Shown: piece by piece, positions 1-8,522 of the stretch
Position numbering within the stretch: the first letter of the stretch is position 1
Layout: the number at the start of each line of letters is the position of its first letter
DNA from: an uncultured virus (IMG/VR IMGVR_UViG_3300031134_000596)
Taxonomy: Duplodnaviria; Heunggongvirae; Uroviricota; Caudoviricetes
Strand: one strand, 5' to 3'
Length of the DNA: 25,196 nt
Virus record (IMG/VR): IMGVR_UViG_3300031134_000596
The notes under the pieces: generated by a model
What the model saw: only the letters and a program-made list of their open reading frames with translations
Databases searched by the model: none
Told to the model about the DNA's origin: nothing
Program-made: the position numbers and the translations under genes

Positions 1-1
1 T

Positions 2-178
2 AGAGCTCGTTATGGTGTATCCATCGACTTCGGAGATAACCTGGCTGACATTCTCAACGAAGAAACCGTAAGGAATGGGAAAAATGAAAACTACTACTTG
101 GACGCTGTTGTTCGAGGAGGTAAACCTTCGTTGATTGTTCGTCAACGTGATGGTCTCGAAGCACCTGTCCTCATCTAA
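2..178 (+). CDS. 3' end of a hypothetical protein (truncated by window edge)
   Basis: Frame 2 is open from the window start to TAA at 176-178 (RARYGVSIDFGDNLADILNEETV...LEAPVLI); followed by the AGGAGG RBS of the next gene. Confidence 0.75.
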   Translation, partial: RARYGVSIDFGDNLADILNEETVRNGKNENYYLDAVVRGGKPSLIVRQRDGLEAPVLI

Positions 179-199
179 TTCGATTAGGAGGGTTGAAAA

Positions 200-544
200 A
201 TGTATTCTGCTTATGAGGACCTTCAAAACTTGAGGAAAAGCTGGAGAACCAGCAATCCTGAACTGAAGCTGATTCTTTCATTGGAGGGTTCTGTGTTGAC
301 TCTTCATCTGATTGAGGTCCCTGTCTTTTCCCGACGCCAAGGATACGGCAGTGAGATTATGGAGGAGTTGAGCTGTATCGCAGACCGTCATAACTTGAAG
401 CTTGTGTGTGAACCTGATGACTCACACGGAACCTCTATGGAGGTTCTTGAGAAGTTCTACTCCCACTACGGGTTTGCATGGTCAGCTGCTGGTCTCATGA
501 TTCGTGAACCTGCTTATTCGGATTTGTTTGCAACAGCAAGCTGA
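200..544 (+). CDS. GNAT-family acetyltransferase-like protein
   Basis: Acetyl-CoA binding motif A 'V...RRQGYGSEIM' and motif B 'LEKFYSHYGF'; AGGAGG RBS upstream. Confidence 0.7.
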   Translation: MYSAYEDLQNLRKSWRTSNPELKLILSLEGSVLTLHLIEVPVFSRRQGYGSEIMEELSCIADRHNLKLVCEPDDSHGTSMEVLEKFYSHYGFAWSAAGLMIREPAYSDLFATAS

Positions 545-556
545 CTGTGCTACAGT
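528..556 (+). promoter_or_regulatory. sigma70/SigA-type promoter pointing into non-coding structured region
   Basis: TTGCAA(528-533)-N17-TACAGT(551-556) with extended -10 TG. Confidence 0.6.
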
Positions 557-557
557 T

Positions 558-688
558 CAGGTAACGCCGAAAGAGCCTGCTGCTGGTTAAAGACGCAGCC
601 CACCTCCACCTGGATAACCAGATGCAAGGTGGGCGTAAGTCTACAAAGCTTTGTAAACCCAGTGTATGCCTTCTTTCGGCGTTACTTG
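558..688 (+). ncRNA. candidate structured non-coding RNA (~125 nt, three-way junction), family unknown
   Basis: Perfect 14-bp terminal helix 561-574/672-685; further nested helices 582-588/656-663, 591-594/639-642, 598-605/627-634, 610-613/618-621, and hairpin 642-655; upstream promoter; no credible ORF. Confidence 0.55.
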
Positions 689-957
689 TCTAACCAGTCA
701 ATTTTATCGACATCTGACTGAAGAACAACAGTGTTTCTCATCAGAGGTATCAAATCACTGTATTCTTGCTGGGCTGCATGTGATAAGAACCTCATAGCTG
801 TGGCGAATCCTGCCATTACTGCTGCGTTTAGTTCCTCTGCTGAGTAGGTTGAGTGCAACATTTTAAGCTTTTCAACGTCATGTTCGAGGAAAGCTTCGTA
901 AATGCTGAGACCTAAGAGACTATTATCTTGAGCTTGCTGATAATCAGACTTGTTCAT
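682..957 (-). CDS. hypothetical protein (91 aa)
   Basis: ORF with AAGGAG RBS and a TATGAT/TATAAC -10-like box upstream on the minus strand. Confidence 0.75.
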   Translation of the reverse strand: MNKSDYQQAQDNSLLGLSIYEAFLEHDVEKLKMLHSTYSAEELNAAVMAGFATAMRFLSHAAQQEYSDLIPLMRNTVVLQSDVDKIDWLDK

Positions 958-1082
958 GTGAATCTCCTTCGTATAGTAGTTATATCATAACAGACAGCAG
1001 AGAACAGAACAACAAACGCTAACACCAGGGTGGCCAGACAACAGCCGATATTTTGTAGGTACATGCAGATCGAAAGGCACCC

Positions 1083-1541
1083 ATGGATGACATCATTCAG
1101 TTCACTACTCTTACGCAGTCAATTTTGACTGTTGGGGCTGGAGCTTTAGTCATTCTGTTGATTGCTTCAGCCATCTGGTACTACCTACGTAAACGCAAAA
1201 CAGGGTCAGAAAAGTCCCGTTTTCGTTCAACAATAGTTGGTGTTCTTATCGGCGTAGTGGTACTTGCTGTAACTGTTACCGGCGGGGTGTACCTGAACAA
1301 CACCAGCAACAACAACACTCTTCGTGAAGCTTTAGAGAACCAAGACGTTTCGGTTACTGCAACAGAATTCGAGACCCTCAAAACTGGTCGTACCATAGAA
1401 AAAGGGGATGACACCGTAACTTTGGTACCGCTAGATAACAAATCACAGACTTACGAACTGGTCGTTCTTCCTAAAGATACCAGCGTTGAAGAGCCAGAAG
1501 ACCTTGATGATATCCTCACCCCTGAGGATTCATCAAACTAA
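1083..1541 (+). CDS. membrane protein with two TM helices and acidic C-terminal tail
   Basis: Two hydrophobic segments separated by a basic loop (RKRK...RFR); GAAAGG RBS. Confidence 0.8.
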   Translation: MDDIIQFTTLTQSILTVGAGALVILLIASAIWYYLRKRKTGSEKSRFRSTIVGVLIGVVVLAVTVTGGVYLNNTSNNNTLREALENQDVSVTATEFETLKTGRTIEKGDDTVTLVPLDNKSQTYELVVLPKDTSVEEPEDLDDILTPEDSSN

Positions 1542-1549
1542 TCTTTTAG

Positions 1550-1578
1550 TTGCAGTTTGTTCTAAAAAATGATATCGT
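1550..1578 (+). promoter_or_regulatory. promoter for a leaderless transcript (HAD gene plus family A operon)
   Basis: TTGCAG(1550-1555)-N17-TATCGT(1573-1578), TG extension, ATG 6 nt downstream, no SD. Confidence 0.65.
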
Positions 1579-1584
1579 TGTTCC

Positions 1585-2115
1585 ATGACGAAACTTTTCT
1601 TAGACTTTGACGGGGTGGTGAACTTCGAAGGATCACGCTCTGCGTATCGTAAAAACAGAGACACTCTTGGTTACCTGCAGCAGGATGTGGTTCATAGTCG
1701 TCTGGGAATCTTTCGTATCAACTACTCGGCGGAACTTGTCCGTAAATTGAACTCTGCCCACACTGCTCATGGTTTTGAATGGCTGTGGCTTACCACTTGG
1801 GTGAATGAAGCAAAGACACTTCTGGACCCTCAGTTGAGTTCCCATTCAGATGGTTCCGTGGATTGGGACCCTCACAGCCGTCTCGGAGTTGACTACCAAG
1901 ACACTCGTGCTTCCCGCAAATATGAAGCACTTAAGGAGTCTTATGACGGAGAACCTTTCGTGTGGGTTGATGATGAAGCAACAGTTAAGTTCGATGCTGC
2001 TGATTTTGACGTACCCACGTTGGTAGTAGCACCGAACCCAACCTACGGGGTAAGTAAAACCGAGTTGGCTACTATACTTGAATTCTTTGCTGCTCACAGT
2101 GGGAAGGATTCATAA
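1585..2115 (+). CDS. HAD-superfamily hydrolase (HAD_SAK / Swiss-army-knife RNA-repair-like type)
   Basis: Motif I 'LFLDFDGVVN', motif II 'WLTTW', Lys in 'SRKY', motif IV 'FVWVDD', C-terminal 'P..GVS'. Confidence 0.8.
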   Translation: MTKLFLDFDGVVNFEGSRSAYRKNRDTLGYLQQDVVHSRLGIFRINYSAELVRKLNSAHTAHGFEWLWLTTWVNEAKTLLDPQLSSHSDGSVDWDPHSRLGVDYQDTRASRKYEALKESYDGEPFVWVDDEATVKFDAADFDVPTLVVAPNPTYGVSKTELATILEFFAAHSGKDS

Positions 2116-2116
2116 C

Positions 2117-2941
2117 ATGGGTCTATTTAGCAAAGCCTCTACCCCAGAAGTGGATTCGAGAGCGAAAGCTGCTTGGGTCAAAAATGCATCCAAGAAAGAC
2201 TTGAGCGCTCAATGGGCTGAAATTGTCAACCGTCTGCATGAACTGCTGACAGGTGATGTTTTGTACTACCCAGAGCAGCAAAAGAATCTGCTTTCCAGCA
2301 TCTCGCTGATTCGAGATGAATGGATGCTTATCGACAAGCAGCTCATGACTGATGAAGAATCAGTGAACATGTACTGGGTAATTAACAAAGAGATGCCTAA
2401 CCTCATCATGAGCTTGGGTCAAATGAAAGCTGAACGCAGCAGCTCTTCAGCGAACCATGAAGGTAACTACCTTGAAATCTCTAAAAGAGTTAGACAGATG
2501 CAGGAAGGAGTAATGCGGCTCCGTGCAAAAACTGATGCAGAAAAGCTGTCTCGTTTCACTGACCCAGCTAATAGCAACTCTCACCAGAATCTGTCAACTC
2601 TGTCCTTTCCCGCATACCCTGATTTGCCTGTAGCTATCCAGGAGAAGCTTGCAGAGATTGGGGTCCTTTGGAGAGAACTTCAGGAAGAGACTCACACCAC
2701 TGAAAATGAGTACTTGCTGGAACGCCTTGTAACGGATTACATTCCCAGTTCTGTTGAGCTGTACCAATCCTTCACCAAAGCCCGTGAGAGCCAGCTTCAG
2801 GAGGCTCAGGACACGCTTTCCGCCCAGCTGGAGCTCATCAAACAAAGGGTAAGTTCCATCCAAGAGGGCATCCTTGGCCAGCAGCTCAAAGCTATGAATG
2901 CACAGACTGATTTCCTTACTCAGAGATTGAACGGCATCTGA
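2117..2941 (+). CDS. family A paralogue 1 (XpaC/KlaA-like helical C-terminal domain)
   Basis: Start re-called to ATG 2117 (GGAAGGA RBS); 'ENEYLLERLVTDYIPSSVELY...QLELI...QTDFLTQRL'. Confidence 0.75.
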   Translation: MGLFSKASTPEVDSRAKAAWVKNASKKDLSAQWAEIVNRLHELLTGDVLYYPEQQKNLLSSISLIRDEWMLIDKQLMTDEESVNMYWVINKEMPNLIMSLGQMKAERSSSSANHEGNYLEISKRVRQMQEGVMRLRAKTDAEKLSRFTDPANSNSHQNLSTLSFPAYPDLPVAIQEKLAEIGVLWRELQEETHTTENEYLLERLVTDYIPSSVELYQSFTKARESQLQEAQDTLSAQLELIKQRVSSIQEGILGQQLKAMNAQTDFLTQRLNGI

Positions 2942-3729
2942 TGAAATTTTTCGACTACTCCAATGCTTTTGAAGGCATGTCCAAGTCTGAGTACATCAAA
3001 CTTATCTCACATATGCGAGCCAAGTTTGACCAGTTCGACATCGAACGACGAGGACTTGCGTACTACGGCTCGAACGACAGCACAATCAAAAACAGCTACA
3101 CAGCGATTCTCAACAGAGCTCTACAGGCTAACTTTGACAAGCCTGGCATGTCCAGAAAAATCGCTCCTCTACTTCTGAAAAAACTCAACGGGCTTTACTT
3201 GGAGATTGAACACTACTCTTCCTTAGGTCGCAGAATGCCTGAAGGTAAAACCAATCGAATTCTTCGACGTTTCAAGAGGCTGTACAAGAAAATCACTCTA
3301 CTGGTTACCTCCACGGAGAACCTGGAAGTACCTAAACTTGTCAGCGGTTTCGAATTCACGAACAAAGCTTTACCTACCCAAGAGACTTCTCTTCCTGGGC
3401 TGAGTACACAACTGGACAAGGTGAGAAGTCTGGTTTTGGTAGCCAAAGCGTCCCCTCTTGAAACAGAAGAAGCCTATTTCCTCCAGCAGATTGAAGAGGA
3501 CTACTTGCCTAACATCGTGTCAACAGGTGTGAACATTCGGAACGCTTCCGAAAACATCAAAAAAGAAGCCCAAGTACAGTTCTCAAAACAGCTGAACTCC
3601 ATTGAAGCTGAACTCATGAACATTATCGACGGAGCCGCGAGCAAGATGCTTCAAGGCGCCACCATCCAAACCAATTTCCTGGAAACCAAACTTGGTAAAA
3701 GCCAGGGTAAAGGAGAACTGACAGTATGA
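2941..3729 (+). CDS. family A paralogue 2
   Basis: 'EEAYFLQQIEEDYLP...QLNSI...QTNFLETKL'; TGATG overlap with upstream gene. Confidence 0.8.
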   Translation: MKFFDYSNAFEGMSKSEYIKLISHMRAKFDQFDIERRGLAYYGSNDSTIKNSYTAILNRALQANFDKPGMSRKIAPLLLKKLNGLYLEIEHYSSLGRRMPEGKTNRILRRFKRLYKKITLLVTSTENLEVPKLVSGFEFTNKALPTQETSLPGLSTQLDKVRSLVLVAKASPLETEEAYFLQQIEEDYLPNIVSTGVNIRNASENIKKEAQVQFSKQLNSIEAELMNIIDGAASKMLQGATIQTNFLETKLGKSQGKGELTV

Positions 3730-4526
3730 CTGAATTCGGAAGTAAAAAGTGGTTTGACCAGCTTTCCTCTGAAGACTACTCTCATGTCGTCGGTCATGCC
3801 GAAAAGCAGATTCGCAAGACTTTTTCGGTCTCCAGATTGAAGAAAAATCAGCAAGACAAAATCAACGCTCATTTGCTTAAAACAATGGAAATGCTCAACC
3901 GTTTGAACCTGGAGCATCGTCCATCTAAAACACATGCTTTCAAACTGTTGTTCCAAACCTTACCCAAGTTTTTGGAAGATGCCATTCTGTATTCTGAGAT
4001 TGAAGCTACTGCTTTGCAGCACAGTGTCGGAATGTATGAACGTAGCTTAAAAATGTACGAGACTACGAAAAAGCTGTACGAGAAATTCTTGGAATGGGAG
4101 CGAGCAGCGAAACCCAAGAACAACCATCTGAGCATGTATGATGGAATCACTTTGAGCGAAAGCGGAACAGTCCTGTTGGATACCCAAACTCCTTTCCCAG
4201 TGGTGAACAAACTCATGGATAGAGTGAAAGCTCTGGCAGAGTCAGCTGTCCTGGTCAACATTTCAACTGAAGATGCCTATTTTGTTGAGCAGGTAGTGAA
4301 GCAGTATCTTCCAGATATCTCTGACTCATCCAAAAATCTGACACTGGTCACCGATTCGATGAAACAAACAGCAGAGAAAAACTATTTCCAGCAGTTGAAT
4401 CTGTTGGCGGAGAAGCTTGAATCCCTTATCAATACAGCTAACGAAAAAGCTTTGCAACAGGTGTTAGACCAGACACAATTTCTGACAGAAAAACTTGTCA
4501 ATAGACCGAAGGAGCTAACCCGATGA
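3726..4526 (+). CDS. family A paralogue 3
   Basis: 'EDAYFVEQVVKQYLP...QLNLL...QTQFLTEKL'; ATGA overlap. Confidence 0.8.
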   Translation: MTEFGSKKWFDQLSSEDYSHVVGHAEKQIRKTFSVSRLKKNQQDKINAHLLKTMEMLNRLNLEHRPSKTHAFKLLFQTLPKFLEDAILYSEIEATALQHSVGMYERSLKMYETTKKLYEKFLEWERAAKPKNNHLSMYDGITLSESGTVLLDTQTPFPVVNKLMDRVKALAESAVLVNISTEDAYFVEQVVKQYLPDISDSSKNLTLVTDSMKQTAEKNYFQQLNLLAEKLESLINTANEKALQQVLDQTQFLTEKLVNRPKELTR

Positions 4527-5290
4527 CTGAATTTGGTACTGTCCAGTGGGTCCAAGAAGCATCCCACGAAGAGTGGAAGGAAATGCTGGGTCATCTTCAG
4601 AAACGTATTAACCGACTGCTGATGACCGAAGACTCATTCTGGGATGGCAACATAGACGAAAGCATCAGGGAAGACCTCAATGATGCAATCAAGTTGTTGG
4701 AAAAACTTGACCCTGCCAGGAATTCGGCAAAGCTTCATAACCTGGTCTTTGTTCACATTGTCAACATGATGAAGCTGGTCAGCAAATATGACACTTTCAG
4801 AGCAGGGAAAATTGCATCCATAGTGGCATGGCGTAAAGCTAGGCGCTGCTACTACAAAGTAGCGAATCATGTCAAGAAGGTGGACAATAAGAAAGAGCTG
4901 CAGATATTTGCAGACTTTTTGCCAGCCCAGAAAGCTATCACTTCAACCCAGATGACTCCTTTTGAAACAGTGAACACTCGAATCAAGGAGATGAAAGTTG
5001 TCCTGGACCAGCTATCATCAGTGTCTTTGACGACAGAAGATGAGTACTTGCTCTCTGAAATCAAAAATTCTTACATCCCTCACATTGTGAAAGCTGCTTC
5101 TGAACTGAAAATGTCTTCAGCTATCAACACAACTGAAGTGGAGAAGCATTTCCTGACACAGCTTGAGCTTGTCCAAAAACAGCTGCAGGAGCTGGTGGAC
5201 CGTAAAGTTGCTGACACATTCAACGATGTTCTCACCCAAACCCAGTTTTTGTCCGAAAAATTTGAAGAACGCAAAGGAATGACAGTATGA
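4523..5290 (+). CDS. family A paralogue 4
   Basis: 'EDEYLLSEIKNSYIP...QLELV...QTQFLSEKF'; ATGA overlap. Confidence 0.8.
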   Translation: MTEFGTVQWVQEASHEEWKEMLGHLQKRINRLLMTEDSFWDGNIDESIREDLNDAIKLLEKLDPARNSAKLHNLVFVHIVNMMKLVSKYDTFRAGKIASIVAWRKARRCYYKVANHVKKVDNKKELQIFADFLPAQKAITSTQMTPFETVNTRIKEMKVVLDQLSSVSLTTEDEYLLSEIKNSYIPHIVKAASELKMSSAINTTEVEKHFLTQLELVQKQLQELVDRKVADTFNDVLTQTQFLSEKFEERKGMTV

Positions 5291-6105
5291 ACAAACCAGG
5301 GTCCTTCAAATGGTTCTTTGAACTCTCAGATAGTGACTATGCTGCTCTGATTGAACACCTGAAGACAACAAACTATAACCTGTTCAAGAATAAGCAGCTT
5401 TTAGCTTACATTATCCACGATGACCAAGTTCGGAGCCATGTTTCACAGTTTTTGAAAGCAGCAAGCAAAGCTAACCGGGTAAAAAAATCTGCAGCTCGTA
5501 GACTGTATAAGCTGATGTTCAAAAAACTGGATGTGCTGTTTTCCGAGCTGGCAAAATACGGTCATGTTCAAGCAGATTTTACTGCGTCTGGCATGATTGT
5601 GGATTACAGCGAAAAGTTGAAAAAGGACATGAACACACTGTTCGCAAAATATGATGCAGTGGAAACTTTTGAGATGCTAAAAGGTTTGGAACTGAGTTCA
5701 GGACTGGTACTTCTTCCTACCCGAACCCAATTCCCTCAGGTTAATAACAAACTGGAAGAGCTGAACCAGTTAGCCCTGCAGGTAGGTAAAACACCCCTGA
5801 CTGTAGAAGAACAGTATTACGTTGATGAAGCCATCAAAAACTACATCCCAGGAATTCTGAAAGCCTCCGATGCTGTCCAACAGCTTCCAACAGCTGAGCT
5901 GAATGAGCTGGAGAAGAATTTCATGTCTCAGATCAACTCAGTAAAAGAGCAACTGCAGCAAATTCTTGCAACAGCTAACGCCCGCACCATGCAGGAAGTG
6001 CGTTCCCAAACAGCTTTCTTGGAAGCCAAGAACGCTCAAAGCCAGCTTGCTCTACCAGCGGCGGATGGCACCACTCTACTGAAGAAAGAGAATAGCCATG
6101 TCTGA
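5287..6105 (+). CDS. family A paralogue 5
   Basis: 'EEQYYVDEAIKNYIP...QINSV...QTAFLEAK'; ATGA overlap. Confidence 0.8.
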   Translation: MNKPGSFKWFFELSDSDYAALIEHLKTTNYNLFKNKQLLAYIIHDDQVRSHVSQFLKAASKANRVKKSAARRLYKLMFKKLDVLFSELAKYGHVQADFTASGMIVDYSEKLKKDMNTLFAKYDAVETFEMLKGLELSSGLVLLPTRTQFPQVNNKLEELNQLALQVGKTPLTVEEQYYVDEAIKNYIPGILKASDAVQQLPTAELNELEKNFMSQINSVKEQLQQILATANARTMQEVRSQTAFLEAKNAQSQLALPAADGTTLLKKENSHV

Positions 6106-6460
6106 AAAAAGTGCAATCATGGCTGAACTTGCCGCATTGGGCACTCCTTGGAGCCGGCGTCTGACAGATTTGAAAGCTTCAGAAAGAGTGTCTTTAGCTG
6201 GTCTTGAAACGCTTGTCAAAATTTTGAGAACCCCAGAATTAGACAGCTGGGATACTCTCGGAATTTTCCCTGGAGAATACAGTGGTCTTCGAATTGAATT
6301 CCACGACAACAGGAAGCATCTGACTATCGAAATTGATAAGCAGGACGAAATCTATGTTGTCTACTTCGACTTTGAAAACAATGTTGAATTCCACGAAGAA
6401 ACTAAGTCTCATGAGAAAGCAATCAAGCTGGTCATTTCTCACCTGAAACGAAAACAGTAA
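6098..6460 (+). CDS. hypothetical protein (120 aa), unrelated to family A
   Basis: 8-nt overlap with upstream gene; alternating beta-like pattern in the C-terminal half; lacks the YLP domain. Confidence 0.75.
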   Translation: MSEKSAIMAELAALGTPWSRRLTDLKASERVSLAGLETLVKILRTPELDSWDTLGIFPGEYSGLRIEFHDNRKHLTIEIDKQDEIYVVYFDFENNVEFHEETKSHEKAIKLVISHLKRKQ

Positions 6461-6474
6461 AGATATTAGGCTCC

Positions 6475-6503
6475 TTGTAACAACCAGCTATTTATGATAG
6501 TAT
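6475..6503 (+). promoter_or_regulatory. sigma70-type promoter for family A paralogues 6-7
   Basis: TTGTAA(6475-6480)-N17-TAGTAT(6498-6503) with TG extension; followed by a GAAA-tetraloop hairpin (TATAAGGT-GAAA-GCCTTATA) in the 5' UTR. Confidence 0.65.
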
Positions 6504-6555
6504 CAAGGTGGTTATATAAGGTGAAAGCCTTATAAAGAAAGCAGGAGAGAAAGAG

Positions 6556-7452
6556 ATGCCGTCTAAAAGGGATTATGAAGAGGCAGCGAGAAAGTCCAAC
6601 AGGGACACTCTCAACGAGATTAGAAGAACTATCGAGATACGAACTGTAGCTAAGAACTACAAAGAAGCTCTCAACGCAGCTCAGATGGCTAACTATAAGA
6701 ACCTCACAAACAAACAGCTGTACACGATTTTTGACGGCTACACTGGTAAGATCGAACTGACTCTCAAGAAGCCTGGTTTAGAGCGAATCTATGCGGCTCA
6801 TAACACACACAGCTCTTACCTGAACACTATTTCTTACTTGCGGAACGTTGACCGTTCAGTTTGGGCCGCCCGTCTGAAGCTGCGAAAAATTCTGGGCACC
6901 TCTTTACCCAAGCTCTTTGCTCTGTTTGATAAAGCCTCAGAGACCTCTGACGATTTTGAAAACCTGCCTGATGTGGAAGCATTTGCTGTCAAAGTTGAAG
7001 TCATCTCCAAAGCCCTGTCGGAGCAGTACCCTAAACCAGTCAAAGCCCAGCCTCAGATGTCTGCCACGCCATTGAGAGGCGCAGGACAGAAAGCTCTACC
7101 TGCTGTTGAAGCTAACGTTGCCCCTGAAGTCACTGCTGTGTTCAGAAAGATTGCAGCCCTCGTGGCTGAACTGCAGAAGATGAAACTCAGCCCTGAAGAT
7201 GAGTACTTCATGGAAAGCATCACCAATGAGTATCTTCCGTCTATTAGCAATGCAGCTAAATCGTTGACAGTTGCAGATGAATGGACTCGGGTCGAAGCTA
7301 ACCGAAACTTTGTTACTCAGCTGTCTTTGATTGAAAAAAGACTGACGGAGCTGCTTGACGGAGCTCATGAAGGAACTCTTCGTGAGGTGAAAGTCCAGAC
7401 AAGCTTTCTGAGACAAAAATTTGGAGACAAAGACAAAGGACTACAGCTATGA
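6556..7452 (+). CDS. family A paralogue 6
   Basis: 'EDEYFMESITNEYLP...QLSLI...QTSFLRQKF'; AGGAG RBS. Confidence 0.8.
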   Translation: MPSKRDYEEAARKSNRDTLNEIRRTIEIRTVAKNYKEALNAAQMANYKNLTNKQLYTIFDGYTGKIELTLKKPGLERIYAAHNTHSSYLNTISYLRNVDRSVWAARLKLRKILGTSLPKLFALFDKASETSDDFENLPDVEAFAVKVEVISKALSEQYPKPVKAQPQMSATPLRGAGQKALPAVEANVAPEVTAVFRKIAALVAELQKMKLSPEDEYFMESITNEYLPSISNAAKSLTVADEWTRVEANRNFVTQLSLIEKRLTELLDGAHEGTLREVKVQTSFLRQKFGDKDKGLQL

Positions 7453-8444
7453 GTGAACTTGGCACACTAGAATGGGTGAAGAACTCTTTCCAATCTGAAT
7501 TCGACGCTTTCATCAAGACCTTAAAAGCAGATGTCCACAAGTCTTTCAAGCAAAAAGAGGTGCTGTACTGGAATTTTCAGAACTACTCCGCTGCTGATGA
7601 ACTTAAAGATGCTTTGGATAGGACCTGCACAGTGGACCGAACCAATGACACCGTAGCTCACAAAGTTTACAAGCTTCTTTTCAAGAAAATTGTCCCGTTG
7701 CTGGATTTTGTTCGAGACTACAGAGAAACCAGTCTCAAAGATTTAAGAAGCGGCTACCATCGTAAACGAATCAGTGGCATGTATCGTTATGCTAAAACTA
7801 TAACCAGATACAATAATGCTCTGCATGGCATAGAGCCTGGAATTCTGACCACATATGCAGCTTCTCTTTCCGGAACAGCTGTTACCACTCCGAACGATGA
7901 CACCGTGTATGAGCAAACACAGTACACCTTAGTCAACTCGCTCATTTACGATATTAGAACCCTGAGAACTGTATGTCTTGAATCAAGAAGCACTCCTGAG
8001 GAGGAGTACTTCTTAGAGCAAATTGTCACGTCTTACATCCCAGCTGTGGTCAAAGGTGCTGCTGCGGTTGCTAACGCTTCACCTGAAGTGAACCAGCAGG
8101 CAGAGAAGAACTTCATTCGCCAGTTGAAATTAGTTCGCACGAAGTTGCAGGAGCTGGTTGAGAAAAACAGTCTTGCTGCTTTGAAGGAAGTGGAAGCTCA
8201 AACAGAGTTTTTGGCGACCAAGTTTGAAGAGAAACCAGCCAACCAAGCTTTGACTTTGGGAAAGGGTGCATCTGCTCCGAAGCCGCTTCCTCAGAGGTCA
8301 ACTAAAGTGGTTGACTCGCTGGGTTTTGACGGTCGCCCTATTCGGTCTGCCAAAAAGTACCCTGCAGGAGTTACATCTAAAAGCACAGTCCTTTTAGGAC
8401 ATCAGAACTCGCATTATTTTCATGAGAAAAGTTGGTCCGATTGA
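7449..8444 (+). CDS. family A paralogue 7 with C-terminal low-complexity extension
   Basis: 'EEEYFLEQIVTSYIP...QLKLV...QTEFLATKF'; ATGA overlap. Confidence 0.8.
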   Translation: MSELGTLEWVKNSFQSEFDAFIKTLKADVHKSFKQKEVLYWNFQNYSAADELKDALDRTCTVDRTNDTVAHKVYKLLFKKIVPLLDFVRDYRETSLKDLRSGYHRKRISGMYRYAKTITRYNNALHGIEPGILTTYAASLSGTAVTTPNDDTVYEQTQYTLVNSLIYDIRTLRTVCLESRSTPEEEYFLEQIVTSYIPAVVKGAAAVANASPEVNQQAEKNFIRQLKLVRTKLQELVEKNSLAALKEVEAQTEFLATKFEEKPANQALTLGKGASAPKPLPQRSTKVVDSLGFDGRPIRSAKKYPAGVTSKSTVLLGHQNSHYFHEKSWSD

Positions 8445-8522
8445 ACTACGAGAATAAGCGACTGACCGTACTGTTCTGTTAGTATATTGAAGAAGCAAAT
8501 GCTTCATGTTCAAGGAGGAATT

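Noticed and set aside
2..178. Faint resemblance of the partial ORF (RYGVSI...ENYYL...SL) to the middle domain of the 19709 protein
   Set aside because: Too short and too weak to support by eye
558..688. Calling the structured region a tRNA, SRP RNA or hammerhead ribozyme
   Set aside because: No T-loop GTTCGA/CCA end, no SRP GNRA domain-IV motif, no CUGAUGA core; kept only as an unclassified candidate
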